A program made the position numbers and the translations under genes. Positions 25,031 through 38,565 of a DNA stretch of 64,000 nt are shown here, piece by piece. The DNA lies in assembly GCA_051294375.1 (NCBI GenBank), contig CM119267.1:4111260-4175259 (forward strand), in the 5' to 3' direction. The notes below the pieces were generated by a model. The model saw nothing but the letters and a program-made list of their open reading frames with translations. It had not been told where the DNA came from and made no database searches. Source of the stretch: Paraspadella gotoi. Taxonomy: Eukaryota > Animalia > Chaetognatha. Position 1 is the stretch's first letter, and every line of letters starts with the position of its first letter.

Positions 25031-27639
25031 ATGGATTTCCTTTACGACGATTCTTCGTTTTCTCGGATGCGGACGGCGACGACCGAACATCTCGATCAGT
25101 ACCAACTCCTCTGCGGCGTCAAGCCCGTCGATTTCCCCGACAGCGTCGCTTTCTGGAACCTTATCGTCTTGACGACGGCGGATGAGTTGCAAAAACGCGC
25201 CTTCGACATTCAGATCGAAGTCAAGCGAAGGCGTGGCCACATTCCTATCGTCGATACGATGGTAATCGCGGATCCGCCTGGGCCTAAAATAGGCAACGGT
25301 GGATCAACTTTGCACGTTTTAGCCCAGTAGGTTTTGTTGTTGTTGTTGTGTTGGTTTGGTTTTATTTCTTATCTCTTGTGATCAACTCAAGACTAGAAGC
25401 GGCTTATCCAAACGGCGCTCTCGATCGTCTTCGCGTTCTTATTCTGCACACCGGTGGGCAGAGTAAACGTCTTCCAACTTGCAGCGCCCTGGGAAAGATC
25501 TTCGCTTTGCTCCCTTTGCAATTCTCTGTATTGGGACTTGGGTTTCAGGCCACCGCGCTCGACGTTGTTTTGGCGCTTTCTCTCCCAATCGGTAGGTTTG
25601 GATTGTAGATGGCGCTTTGTGAACTCGTTTGGGCCGTGGAGCCGTGCTGTGGAGCCACTGGAGAGTTTGAGAGATTGATATCGAATTTGGCCGGAAGTGG
25701 CGATGCTGCTCGTGGCGTAGATAGAAAGTTTATCAAGCTTTGCCGTAAAGGTTAATATAGCCAACTTGCTTGGTTAATGATATAAAAGCAACCTTATATG
25801 TATATGATGTCACTTTGTTTGATTGAAGTCTAACAAAAGAGCAATCATAATTAGTTAGTAGTTAGTTACTATAATTATTTACTATAATGGGCATTGGGCA
25901 AGACGGAATGAGTTATAGGCTAGGTCGACACACTTGCTATCATTTAATAATCAATTAGTAAGTTAACTAATTATAACTAAAACGTTTGAGAAAAGGTAAA
26001 TAAATAATAAATTCGGCTCCATGGCAGCACGGATCGTACGTGATCAATCCATCCCGGGTTTTAATCATTAAGAAATTCCTTATCTTTAAGAAATCATTAA
26101 GAAATTCTTTATCCTTACCATCCTTTCAAACTAGCTCCGTTGGTTCCCTCCGGTGGATGCTTCGTCGTTTGTGCTGACACGATATTGCCTTTTGCCCTCG
26201 ACAAAGATCTGGATCTACTAGGCGGGAGCACTGGGTTCGTCGCACTGGCACATCCGTCCTCGTTGGAAACTGGTGAGATATTAAACATTCAATGAGCTGT
26301 TTTCTTACGTATTTTAATAATAATAAAGATTTCAATTTAACTGTTAAGGTCTTTCTCACGGAGTTTACGTCCTGGAAAAGCCACTGGAGGCGTCTTCCCA
26401 CCGTTCTTGCTTCAGCGTCTGTCGCCGAGTTCTGCAGAAACCCTCGGAGGCGCGAATGCGGCAACAGGGCGCCATCGTGGAGAGAAAAGTTGGCGATCGT
26501 CCCTCGGAGATGGTTTTTACCGACAGCGCCTTTTGGTTCGACGCGTCCACGAGAAAATTGCTTTTCGAAATTTACAACGAATTGTCTCCGTTGGACGTGG
26601 AAATTGACGCGTATGGGGATTTTTTACAATCTTTGGGTAATCTTTTGCCAAGAGTTGATCGATGGGCCCCTCCCACTTTTTTATTGAAATGATATGAGCT
26701 TGAACGCGGAACTCTTTAGGCTCGGACCGTTTGCCGGATTACATCAACAATATCTCCAACGTGACTCCATCTTCGGACGGAACCTGTTCCTCAAAAATAT
26801 TCAAGGATCGAAAGTACATCTTCGATCGGCTGGGAGAATCGCGCCTCTCGGTTCTCGTTCTCAACGATTCCTGCTTTTTACATATTGGCTCTACATGCGA
26901 ATACCTAACCTTTATGGCCCACGGCTCTATTTTTTCTCGGATCATCTCTTCGTCCGATGCCGGTTCCAAAGGCGCCAATCGCTTTGTCCATTCCCGTCTG
27001 ACATCGACGGGTCGCGGCGACGGAAAGAAACGGCCGATATCGTCGCCCGACGTCCGCGGCCTGGTAATGAATTCGGTCGTGGACTCTTTTTCCTCCGTGC
27101 CCGCCGATTCGGTCGTCGAGTCCTGCGCCATCTCCGGCCCTTTTCAACTTGGCGCCGAGTCGATCATTAGTCGCTGCAGCGTCGACGCGACTCTCACCCT
27201 GTCGGTTCCTAATCGTGTTCTCATGGCCACGATCGCCGTCAATTACCGCGTCGGAGATGACGCTCAAGTCCGTTACGTTACCGTCGCTTTTGGCATCGAC
27301 GACGATTTAAAAAAATCGTTCGATTCCTTGAAAGAAGTTTGTTTCCTCGGTCGGCCACTCGGGGAGACATTAAGGGCTGACGACTGGACAGTCGTTGGTG
27401 GCTCAAGGAGTCTCTGGAACGCGCCGTTGTTTTTACCAGAAAAAAACATGGAAACGTCCTTCGCTTCCACCGCTAATCTGTTGAACCACGTCTCCAACGG
27501 CAATGCGATTTCCTTGAATATCAAAAATGGGTTTTCCCTCCAAGACGCCATTCGGAACAAGAATGTTGATGCAATGTTGAAGTTTCAAGAAAAAGTTGAT
27601 GATGACGTCGTCTTTAAATCGTCCATGCTTTTATGTTGA
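25031..27639 (+). CDS. FPGT: Fucose-1-phosphate guanylyltransferase, multi-exon
   Basis: FWNLIVLTTADELQKRAF, ADPPGPKIGNGGSTL, LILHTGGQSKRLP..SALGKIF, GFVALAHPSS, EIDAYGDFLQSLG, FLHIGSTCEYL and AFGIDDDLK. Confidence 0.85.
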
Positions 27640-27827
27640 CTGTTTTGCATCTGACACGAAGTGGGCTTTGAACCTACCCAATGCCGATTTCTCTTGACTG
27701 ATTAGTGGTTGCTTTCTTTAATATAAACTGGTGCTAATTGTACATTCTTTGACGCTTTCATAGTTGATTATTAGGGATAGAGTTAGTTACCTTCTGTGCC
27801 ACTGAGTGCCTTAAAAACAAATATATA

Positions 27828-28670
27828 CAGATCTGCTCAAAAAAAAGTTTAATAGTTATGATAAATGCATTTTATTTCATTATTTGAAGGAAATTAATAC
27901 TTTTTAAGAATCAGTTAGTTAATACATTGGACCACTATTTGCTTCCAGCACCGTTTCCATGAGACAAGGGAGAGAGTCGTAGAGGCTGGACAAATATGAA
28001 GGGTTCAGCTCCCCCAAATGTGTTTTAAATTTTTTTTTTGATTTTGTTAACTGTCATTGCATTGTACTGCAAAATGTCCCTTTTCATCCTTGACCAGACA
28101 TTTTCGATGATGTTGCAGTCAGGCGAGTTTCCGGGCTAACCTTCGAGCACCTCCGTCCCGTTTTCCTCATGAAATTTTTGGGGGGCTTTGGGCTTTGTAT
28201 CCAGGAGCTCTATCCTCCATAAAAAGTTGCCTATTCACTGTTAAATGATTGGCAACAATTCTTCTTCTCTCCATTTTTTTTTCAACTGGCTTGCAGAAGC
28301 CTTACGGTGTTGAATTACGAGACATTCTAAGTCATCTTTGCTCTTCATGGACATGCAAGGCCGCTTGCTTCCAACAGCTCGTCCAAGGTTTCCAGTTGCT
28401 TCAAATGTGTTGACAACTCTGCATATAGCTGAAGGCGAGAAATGAAGCTGTTTGGCGATCCTATATCTTGACAAACCCGCCTTCCAAAGCTCAACAATTG
28501 CAGCTTTTTTGGGGGGTTTAGCCGTTTTAAAGTTTCCATAATAAAAAAAACTTAAAAAACAAACATAGATGGATAAAAAAAAATTTTTCTGAAAAAAAAA
28601 TGTAAAACAAAATTTCGAACCTTTTTTTTATTTTAGCACTGCAACTATAATATTTTTTTGAGCAGATCTG
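27828..28670 (-). mobile_element. Internally deleted Tc1/mariner element with transposase remnants
   Basis: TIR CAGATCTGCTCAAAAAAA at both ends with a TA duplication. The minus strand has an HTH fragment (RIAKQLHFSPSAICRVVNTF..TG) and a DDE fragment FMEDRAP...G*PGNSPDCNIIENVW with a stop and a frameshift. Confidence 0.9.
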
Positions 28671-29116
28671 TACGATATTTTTTCGGCTGAAAATTTTCAT
28701 TTTTTTTCCCCATTTTTTTATTTTATTTATTTTTTTTTTTCGTCTTGGGACTTCTTAATTAAATTTCTTAATTTCAAATATTATTCGGTTCGCAAGCTTT
28801 TCGTTGAGTTAGCGTAATTTTCGTTAGGAGTAACGGTAACCTATGAAAATTCTGAGCGAAGACGAAATGATATCGTATCATTATAATATGAATTCTTAAT
28901 TTTAATAACTAAACGGCAACCGCAAATCATAGTTAATTTTAGAGAACTTCCTTTCTCACTTCGTGGCCTTTGAAAAAAATTTTGATCTCTTCATTTATAC
29001 AAGATATTTAGTTATTTACTATATATTTTACATATATTAATAGAATCAACCAAGTTCTCAGTTCATTCCTTTTCTGAACAAGTTCTTAGTCTTTATTTGT
29101 TTTCATCCCGGATATA

Positions 29117-29596
29117 CCGGGTCCGCGCGCTCTTTTGGGAATAATTTGAAAAATTCATTTGAAGTAATTATAATAAATTATATTATTGTGGCGAATCCTA
29201 AATTCGCCTCCCTTATAGCTTGGTGAAACTCAGCTCGTACCATTGGCTTGGACAGCTAAGTACTCGTTCACCAACCGTGAGTTCCGGGTTCAATCCCCTC
29301 ACGGTCACCCCAGGCATCACACATGTCCCTTCGTTGCCATATTATCATTATTAAAAAACAATTTATATGGGTGCCAATTTTTACTATGCCGAGTTAATCC
29401 TCTGTTCGCGCGAAAAGAAAAACGACATATTTTACGATGATAATTAGGCTACTATCCCATACATATTTTTTAATTTTTTGAGTATTGACTGAAAGCTAAG
29501 ACCAAGGGGTTTCCAAAAATCTTATCGGTTTAAATCTATTACCTGAAAGCCGTTGTAAAGACCCAAATTTATTCCCAAAAGAGCGCGCGGACCCTG
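29117..29596. mobile_element. MITE (Tc1/mariner-type ends) carrying an inserted tRNA-core repeat
   Basis: About 28-bp TIR C(C/A)GGGTCCGCGCGCTCTTTTGGGAATAA. TA flanks at 29115-16 and 29597-98. Confidence 0.85.
29187..29341 (+). repeat. Short interspersed solo-LTR-like repeat with tRNA-like core (internally deleted copy)
   Basis: TGTGGC...GCCATA ends, TTAT flanks and B-box GGTTCAATCC. Near-identical to 43470-43700 (reverse strand) but about 75 bp shorter. Confidence 0.8.
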
Positions 29597-30117
29597 TATT
29601 TATTGATAATATGTTTAGTTGTTGAATTACGGACTGCTCAATGTTTTTTATTTTTTATACAACTTTCTTAGTAGATTCAGTATTTGGATTTAGTTTTTAT
29701 CTCGCCCGTCTTGGCGTGATAATCGTTTAGAATTGCTTCTTTGTGCCATCGTCGTCGTCACGCTTATTTTTTATACAAAAATTAATACGGTTTATATAGG
29801 GGCGATTACGGTTTAAAATTTTTATTTTTCTCTTTTTCTCTCTCTCTTTGACTCATACACGCATTTTTTTTTATTTTCATGATGGAGACAATTCTTCGTG
29901 GAACATCATCCAAGAGACTTATTGATCGCCGATGCATATTGTTCATTTATTGTTCGTTTATGAATGACTCATTGCGTTAATGAATTTATTACCATCGCAT
30001 TAATGAATGATTATCATCGCCTCCATCATTTGGTTATCATCGCATCAATAATTGGTTATCATCGCATCAATTATTCTTTTTTTTCCCGGATTTTTTTTTA
30101 CCATTTACAGCTTCAAT

Positions 30118-31871
30118 ATGGCCGCCTCGGAGGAGGTCTTATTAATAATTTCCGGTGTTAAGCACCGCAAAGTGGAAGGTACAATGTATATGATGGACCG
30201 AAGGATGGCGTGGCAACAGCGGGGAAAAGACGCTTTTACTTTATCACATATGTAAGTGTTTAAAAATCGAAAGCGAATTGCAAGTTGTTACTTGGTTTCA
30301 ACTCACTATGAATTTTGCTTAGGTACGCCGATATAAAATGTCAGAAAGTCTCGCCGGAAGGAAAAGAAAAGATCCAACTTCAAGTGCAACTTCATGACGG
30401 ATCCGCCTCGACCTTTCATTTCGCCAACCCCGCCGGCGATGAGATGCAGCGGCACGACCGCGACGCCGTCAAGGAGCTGCTGCAGCAGCTTCTGCCCAAG
30501 TTCAAATCTCAAGCTTCCAAGGAGTTGGAAGAAAAGAACCGACTGTTTCAAGAGGATCCCGAACTCTTCCAATTGTATAAAGAGTTGGTCGTGGGAAAGG
30601 TCATATCCGCCGAAGAGTTTTGGAGCAACTACAAGGAAAAGCGGTCCAAGACGCCGGGCGTCGCGGCGACGGCGCCTTCCGCCGCTCCGCCCAAGCAGGT
30701 CATCGGGGTCTCTGCCGCCTTTTTGGCCGACATCAATCCTCAGTCCGACGGCGCCAACGGCCTCAAGTACAACCTCACCGCTGACATCATCGATTCCATC
30801 TTCCGCACTTACCCGGCCGTTAAACAAAAGTATCTTCAGCACGTTCCTCACAATTTGACCGAAACGGAGTTTTGGACGAAATTCTTTCAAAGTCATTACT
30901 TTCATCGAGACCGACTCCTGCCCGCATCATCGGCATCGAGCGCGCCCTCAACCTCCTCCTCCTCCTCCTCCAAAGACTTATTCGCCCAGTGCGCCAAGGA
31001 AGACGAGACGCAGTTGGCGACCATCTTGTCGGAGGGAATTCCCAATCCTCTCCTCGATCTGCAGCACTTTGACGAGGATACTCTGGCTCGCGAAGGTGCC
31101 GAGGGCAATCCCGGAGTCCGCGCATCCAAATCCAACGCCGCCAACGCCAACCTCATTCGCCGGTTTAACCACCATTCGACCATGGTTCTGAAAGCGGCCG
31201 AGGCAAAGGCTTCCACCGCTGCCGAGGCCGCGCCGTCGTCGCCCCAGCCACCCGTCAAAAAGGCCAAGCTTGACGAAAACGTCTCCTTTCGAGATTTGGA
31301 AGAGGAGGAGGCTTCCGCCGGAGTCTCGTTGAATCTAGTCAAGGCCGACCGGTTTCTCCATGGGCCCACGACGCTGGCTGCCGCTGAATACTCTTCCTCG
31401 GAAGAGATCATCGCCGCCACGGATGCCTTTCGCCGTTCAGTTGCCGACTACGCGCCGGCTCTGCCCACGGCGCTCAATTCGGTGGCGGCGTTGTCGGCGC
31501 TGCGAGAGTTGTCGCCGGGCGGGAGGCTCATGACTGGGCTGACCACTACCGCAAATCCCGGCGCTCCCATGATGGCGGAAGACGTCAAGCAGGAATTGCG
31601 CGGCTTGTACGCTGCTCTTAATGAATTGCTACGTCACTTTTGGTCCTGCTTCCCCGTTCATTCGAAATTTCACGAGGAGAAAGTGGTTCGCATGAAAGCG
31701 ACTCTTGACAATTTTGACCAAATGAAGCTCCGCCCCTTTCGCGAAAGGTATAACCGTGCCAGAGGAGGGGGCGTCATCGCCGCCCACGGAGACCCCGCCG
31801 CCCACATGGAGGAAATGCTGTCGGCGGCGAATAAAAAATTCAACGCTTGGCAGTCGAAGCGAAAGCGATGA
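30118..31871 (+). CDS. GTF2H1: TFIIH subunit 1 (p62), 2 exons
   Basis: PH-like N-terminus MAASSEEVLL...YADIKCQKVSPEGKEKIQLQ and BSD domains (QLYKELV...ISAEEFW; IFRTYPAVK...EFWTKFFQSHYFHRDR). C-terminal ELLRHFWSCFP. Confidence 0.93.
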
Positions 31872-31957
31872 AGCGAAATTCCGTTGTGCCAATTTCCTAT
31901 GTTTTTGTGTTTGCAGTCGAGTGGGGAATATTTGTAAAAGAATTGAGACGCTAAAGT

Positions 31958-34112
31958 ATGAAAAATTATGTTTCAAAAACGTTTTTCTCGCGGCGCGTCT
32001 GGTGGATCGCGCGACGCTTCGCCTCGAACTCAACTGGTTTTGACATGCACCCGGTGACGCGTCGCGCTCTGCCGGGGCCCGTCCAGCAGCGCAGCATTGA
32101 CGAGCAGTCTCTCCGACAATTCATTTCTCCCGAGTTGCGACTGCTCGCAGGGGCTTTCGCCCTAAGGGGCTTGGAACTGCGAATCGTGGGTGGGTGTGTG
32201 ATTTAATGAAAAGAATGAGAGAGAGAGAGAAAAAGAAAGAGACTGACATGAAAACAATAAGCCGACGAACGTTAGTAAAACGCTTAATGCCGGTTAAGGT
32301 GGAGGCGTCCGCGATTTTGTTCTTGGCCGGGAACCCCTGGATTTAGATTTGGCAACAAATGCTTCTCCTAGTGAAATAAGAAACATCGTCCGATCAAACG
32401 ACCGCATGGTTTTTGGGAAAAGTCCCGGCGGCCGTCTCGGTAGTTTCAAGGTCAATATGGTCTTTAACTATATTTTCAAATTTATATTTTGTCAATTCCA
32501 TTACTTGTTGCTCAGGTTCTTGTGGACTCGGCCAAAGAATTCGACGTCACGTCGTTGCGAATGGACGTAAAGACCAACGGACGAAGCGCCGAGGTGGAGT
32601 TTGTTCGCGATTGGTCAATCGATGCTGCTAGGAGGTTAGCGTCTACCAATCAACGTTTGCTATTGGTTAAACTGCGCAAGTAATAGAGCGTTGAACTCAA
32701 GCCGTGAATGGGCGGACGAGTAGAAGAGAAGTAAAATATTCGATTAGCCAATGAGAATGCTACTAGAATCGTCGCAAAGTCTTGTAAATTTTAATTTAGG
32801 ATGAATGACGAGAAAAAGAGAACATGAGAAAGAATTTAAGAGAGGTTTGAGATATCGTCTTGGACGTATAGTTCTTGATAGCGTTGACAAAAATAAACGG
32901 AAATTCACACGTTTTCTTCTTTGTTCGTCTTAACCAAAGGCGCTATCTACTTTCCAGAGACTTCACCTGCAACGCGCTGTACCTCTCGCTAGAGGGAACT
33001 CTCACAGACTTTTTCAACGGCGAATCGGATCTTCTTCGCGGCGAGGTGGTTTTCATCGGCGAACCCGAAGTCAGGATTCGTGAAGATTTTCTCAGGATTC
33101 TCCGCTATTTCCGTTTTCGCGCTATCGTTGCCGGTGAGGAGGAAGTAAAAGGAGCCATGAATTGAAATAGACGCAGATTTAAAAACTAGCCACCTGAACG
33201 GAACGTGCTCCTTTGTAATTATACAAAACAATGTCCTCAATATCGAACTGAAATGACGAACAAAGGGGCATATTATGTTATACTTTTCGCAATATACGTA
33301 TATGGTATATACTTTGTCCGTCTCTCTTGATGATGATTAGTCATTTTTTTCCCTCTTTACTTATCCCCATAGGCGACAACGAAGTCCATCACCCCTCCGT
33401 ACTCGACGCCATTTCCGCCAACGCTTTCGGTCTTTCACTCTTGCCTCCTCAAAGACTCTGGACGGAGATGAAGCGCCTCTTGACCACCTCTCCCTCCTGT
33501 GCCGTCTTCGCTCAGATGATTCCGTTGGGCGTCCTTCCCCATCTCTCTCTTCCGGACAGCGAGGCGGACTTGGCTCGCATGAGCGCCGCCGCCGCTCGGG
33601 CCCGCTCTTTCTCTCCGGATCCCGTGACGAACCTGGCTTCGCTTTTCCCCGACTTGTCCCGCGCCAAGCGCTTCGTCGCCGCCATGGGGTTGAAGAGATC
33701 CGAAGAGGAGCTCTTGATCTTTCTGGTTCGGAATCGAAAATTGATCGAAGAGGAGGCCGACCTGGCGGAGACCAAGCGGATTCTATTTCGGAGCATTTCG
33801 GCTCAACCCGACCAGGACGTCAAGGGCTGGGCCACCGAGTTGGCCAAACTCTCCGGCAACGAGGATTTTGTGAGGAACTTGGAAGAGTTCTACCTCGAAG
33901 CGTTTCCGCTGAGCATGTCGGACCTGAGGAAACTCGACGTGGATCAGCCGGTGAAAAAAAGACTGCTCAGAGAGTTGTCAACTATGTGGGTCAAAAGTGG
34001 AAGGAGGATTTCGAAGGAGGACCTCTGGAAAATGGGGATTAGTAAGACGAAAAGGGAGAGATTAAAAAAATATGCAAAAGGCAGATCGGACGGCGGACGG
34101 GGCGATTTTTAA
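31958..34112 (+). CDS. TRNT1: CCA tRNA nucleotidyltransferase (class II)-like, multi-exon
   Basis: LRIVGGGVRD...DLDLATNA, DAARRDFTCNAL and RIREDFLRILRYFRF. The Arg-rich N-terminus resembles a mitochondrial leader. Confidence 0.8.
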
Positions 34113-34415
34113 TTGCGATAGTTTTTATCTCTCCAGACGGGCTAAAGCCCGATTTGGGCGAGATGTTGGATCGCTTCTGCTTCTTTGTGACCGTTGTCGT
34201 CTATTACGTCAATTAATTACTATTACATCAATAATTCGACGAGGCCAGAAAAAAATTAATTGCACTCAATGATAACAAGAGACAACGTGATCTCTGCTTT
34301 TGCTGCTGTACAATCTCATGTTTTTTTTGTTTCAATTCTTTAGCATGACGTGATGAGATAAATTGGTCGACTAATAGATTGATTGATTGATTGATTTCTG
34401 GGAATCGGTTTTTAA

Positions 34416-35464
34416 ATGCTTCGTCTTTTGGAAAGCGAATTGGGAGTTAGCGCCGCGGAATTATTTACCAGTTCCATTCCTCTTTCGGCGACGGACGCGA
34501 TGGGAGACTCCAAGTTCGCCGCCGTGCGGTCGACACGGTCCTTGACGTCGACGGCCCACCTCGTAGTTGATCAATCCAGTTCGCAAGCCGTTCTCTCCGT
34601 CTCGATGGACACGGTCATCCGCGTCCTCTTCTTCCTAACATTGGTGTCTTTCACGTCTTGCGTTGTTTTCTCTATGCTGTTCAATTGGGACCAGTCCACA
34701 GGTCTATATTTCTTTTGGCTTGTTAAAAAAAAATGTGGAAAGGTTCGAATTCAATTCCCCCCCTCCCAAACCAGATACTCATTGTCACGTTCCCAACTAT
34801 CTGCCGTCCATCAGCGCCGCGATCGGCAACTACGACCCGCAAAAGTACATCTGGCGAATCGGCATTTGCTTTCAAATCTCTCCTCGATATCTCGCCGCCG
34901 CCGTTTATCTTCATCACAATCTGCAGCAGGAGTTCGCCTATCTCGATCACGTCCTATATCCCCTACTCTGCAAAGTCCTGTTCGCCGGCGTGCTCGTCGA
35001 AATCAGTTGCCTCGCCCTCCTCACCTACGTCGCCAGCGTGGAATGGTACTTTTTGCACAAGTTGGGTTTCATGGGTTTTCTCTTCTTCTCCGTCTTCAAT
35101 CAGGTGAGAACATTTTTTTACTAATTGTTGATGCTTGTCTCATGATGTTGCGCCGTTGCAGTTTTTGCACCTGTTGATCAACCGATGTTCCGTTCGGAAA
35201 ATGGAGGATCCCTTCGAGCGAAGTCTTTTTCGTCGCAAAATTTTAATCTCCGCCACCCACGTGTCCTCACTGGCGGCGGCGCTCTACTTTTTTTGGCGTC
35301 ACAACGCCTACTGCGAAACCGGCATGTACACTTTTTTCGCTTTTTTCGAATACCTCGTCGTCCTCACGAACATCGCCTTTCATTACGTCTTCGTCTGGGA
35401 CTTTGAAAGCTCCTGCCTCAAAGTGGTTCACAGAGCCGACCTTCTTAAGTATAGTCAGGCTTGA
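34416..35464 (+). CDS. PGAP2/Frag1-DRAM-Sfk1 family membrane protein, copy 1
   Basis: THCHVPNYLPSISAAIGNYDPQKYIWRIGI and YFFWRHNAYCETGMYTFFAFFEYLVVLTNIAFH. The start may be 34500. Confidence 0.85.
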
Positions 35465-35738
35465 AATGGGACTGTTAGAAAACTACTATGTTTAGCCCCT
35501 TTCTAACTTCAATCTGTGTTTAAAATTTACGTGTATTTCTTAATTAGTTTTCCGGAAGAGATCTGTATTCGATTGATTTCATTCGAGCCATTATATATTC
35601 CTTACATATTACTAGATTACCTGTTGGTATATAGACGTCTATACTGTGAACAAAATCGCTTATGATTATTTATTGTTGTTGTATTTTTACAGGCACAATA
35701 TTTGAAACCACAGTAGTCAGGATTTATCGAGAAAAAAA

Positions 35739-36638
35739 ATGTCGTCTGGAAATTTTGTTGCATCTTTCGCATTCGATGTTGCTCGGCTAATGAGGATCCT
35801 GGTCATATCCACTTTAATAGCCTTCACTTGTTGTATCTTTCTTACCGTCTACTTTAATGGGAAACAGTCGACAAGTAGCTAATGCATAGATTATATGTAA
35901 TAAAATTATCTTATGATTTGATTCGAACGCAATTTTTCCATCAGAGACGCATTGCAAAGTTAAGAACTACCTTCCCTCCATCAGCACAGCTTTCGGTGTT
36001 TACGCTCCACAAAAGTACATTTGGCGAATTGTTATATCACTGCAGATCTCGCCTCGGTTTTTGTACGCCGGAATATTCTTTCACAACAGTTTAAAGCACA
36101 AGTCGCGGTACAGATTATATCCGCATTTCTGTAAAATGCTGTATTTATTGCTAATCGTCGAAAGTTGCGGCCTCGCAATGCTAACCTATGTATCCAGTAG
36201 AGACTGGTACCTTTTCCACAAGTTTGGCTTTATGACTTTTCTATTGAGTTCAGTTAGCGGTCAGGTATGGCAATTAAATTTAACTAGCCTAATCAAGATG
36301 TTGGAAGCTTATTGGTTCAAAACATTCGACAGGCTCTCTATCTCCTCATAAATACTTGCTTCAGACGAGAGAGGGACAATAGTTACCCTCGAAAGTTTTT
36401 CCGTCGTAAAGTTCTCATCACGTTCACTCATATTTTCTCGTTGCTGGCTGCTCTCTACTTTTTCTGGCGCCACAACGCTTATTGCGAAACGGGAGTATTT
36501 TCGCTCTTCGCTTTCTTCGAGTACGTGTTCGTTGTTACCAACATGGCCTTTCATTACGTCTTCGTTTGGGATTTCAAAGAGTCTGTGCTCGGCTTGGTCC
36601 AAGGGCAAGGAGATTCGATTAAGTACAGCATCGCTTGA
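35739..36638 (+). CDS. PGAP2-like membrane protein, tandem copy 2
   Basis: THCKVKNYLPSISTAFG..PQKYIWR and YFFWRHNAYCETGVFSLFAFFEY. Same 3-exon layout as copy 1. Confidence 0.85.
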
Positions 36639-36786
36639 GCGGACTCATTTATTGAGGGTCTTTTGCAGACTATAAACGGAGGAAGATACTTGGAGTCGAT
36701 ATTTTTTTTACGTGATTCTTTGATAATATTATTTTTATAATTTTTTATTTCAACGTGATTGAAAAAGATACGATTTCGTCCCTCAG

Positions 36787-38373
36787 ATGCGCGTCTCCAG
36801 CCCCTCTTTCGCCCGGTCGACTTTTCGTCTTCCCCCTCTTCCCAGTTTGAGTGAAATCCTGAGAATTTATCAGGTCAAGGCTTCGAAAAGACTTTCCCAA
36901 AACTTTCTTCTTGACCAAAATCTCACCAAAAAGTTGGTTCGCGAGTCGGGAAAACTGCGAAATGCCTATGTTGTTGAAGTCGGGCCCGGAACTGGCTCTA
37001 TTACACGACAGATTCTCGCTCAGGGACCGCGGAAGTTGCTACTCGTGGAAAAGGATCGAAGGTGAGACGGAGAGTGTTTTCCTTTTTAATCGCGTAGAAA
37101 TGCGAATTTAGAAATACCAGACGTTTTTCTCTCAAGATCAGAAGAGAAGGGAAAAGATAATTTGCTTACCAAAGAAAGAAAGAGAACCACCACGAGCGAC
37201 TCGTATTTACGCGAGATCCAGCGTACTTGTTATATTTGGTATAAGGAGTTCACTTAATAAAAATCAATCGGGTATTATCTGGAGTTTTGCAAGATTAAAA
37301 TATCTAGGTCTTTATGAAATAGACAGCGAAGTGAAAACCGGAGAGTTGCTCAGTGCCGTTGTTGTTTCTAGTTTGTTTCTGAACTTGGTTGTTCTCTTTC
37401 CATCGGTAGATTCGTTCCCATCTTGACGGAATTGAAGCACGCGGCCGCGTCCTCGGACCAACAACGCTCGGGATTCGGCGATCGCGTGGAGATCGTTCGC
37501 GGAGACATCCTCAACACGCGCCTCGATGACGTCTTTCCCCCCGAGGCGGCCGCGCCTTGGGATGGCCCTTCTCCTTCAGTGCACGTCATAGGAAACTTAC
37601 CATTCGCCATTTCCACGCCGCTGCTCATCAAGTGGTTGGAAGACATGTCGAACAAGAGAGGAATCTTCCGTTACGGTCGGGTCCCATTCACCCTCACTTT
37701 TCAAAAGGAGGTGGCCCAAAGAATGGTCGCGTCCATCGCGCAGTTTCAGGTTTCTAAAATGTTGGCTTTGTCTGTAAATTTCAGTATTTACGCATTTGTA
37801 TTTTCAGCGATGCCGCCTCTCGGTCATTTGCCAATGCTACGCCGACGTCAGCTTGCGATTCGTTATTCCCGGTCGAGCCTTTATTCCGCCGCCGGAAGTA
37901 GACGTCGGCGTCGTCACCGTGGTCCCGAAAATTGAAAATAACGTGCCGGAAGTAGACTTTAGGACTGTGGAAAAAGTGGTCAGAAATCTCTTTCAGTTTC
38001 GACAAAAGCACGTGAAAAATTGCATCGAACGCTTGTTCCCACCGCGTCTAACTGAGGTAATAAGGCCTAATGCCGTAATGCGGGTGGGGTTTTTTTTCCT
38101 GTTCCCTTAATTCTTAATGACTTTTCCCACTTTTAGGAAATGACTTACCGCATCCTTCAACAAACTGGCATTGAATTTGACTCTCGTCCCTTTTACGTCA
38201 GTAACGAAGAGATCAGGAAACTCTGCTTAGCTTATCAAGAACTTTGCTTGGAAGCCCCCTCACTCAGAGACTACAGTCACGTAGCGCCGGCTCACGAGAG
38301 AGTTCCGTTGGAAGCCGTGATTGAAGATCAATATCACGGGAGGAAAGATAAGAGTGGACGAACGGTCCAATAG
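36787..38373 (+). CDS. TFB1M: Mitochondrial dimethyladenosine transferase 1
   Basis: RLPPLP, LSQNFLLD, VVEVGPGTGSITR, VEKDRRF, HVIGNLPFAISTPLLIKWL, TLTFQKEVAQR and PPPEVDVGVV. Confidence 0.92.
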
Positions 38374-38565
38374 TTTTCTTGTTAAGTTTGTTGTTTTGCG
38401 CTTTTACAATGTATTGTTTTAAATAATTGCCAAAGAAACGTGACGCCCGCATTTTCGCTTCATGGACACATGCTTTCGGCTTGAGTCTCCTTGGTTTTGA
38501 AAGGTAAAGGAAATGCACCTCATCGAAAAAATAAGGGAAAAAAAGAACTTTCATGAATTTCTAAA

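Noticed and set aside
25638-26040. Degenerate inverted repeat (CCGTGCTG..TGGAGCC / GGCTCCATGGCAGCACGG) in an FPGT intron
   Set aside because: Short, gapped and without a clear TSD, so it cannot be supported as a MITE.
27652-27680. TGACACGAAGTGGGCTTTGAACC resembling the complement of a tRNA-Leu 3' end
   Set aside because: Only about 25 nt of loose similarity and no remaining tRNA body.
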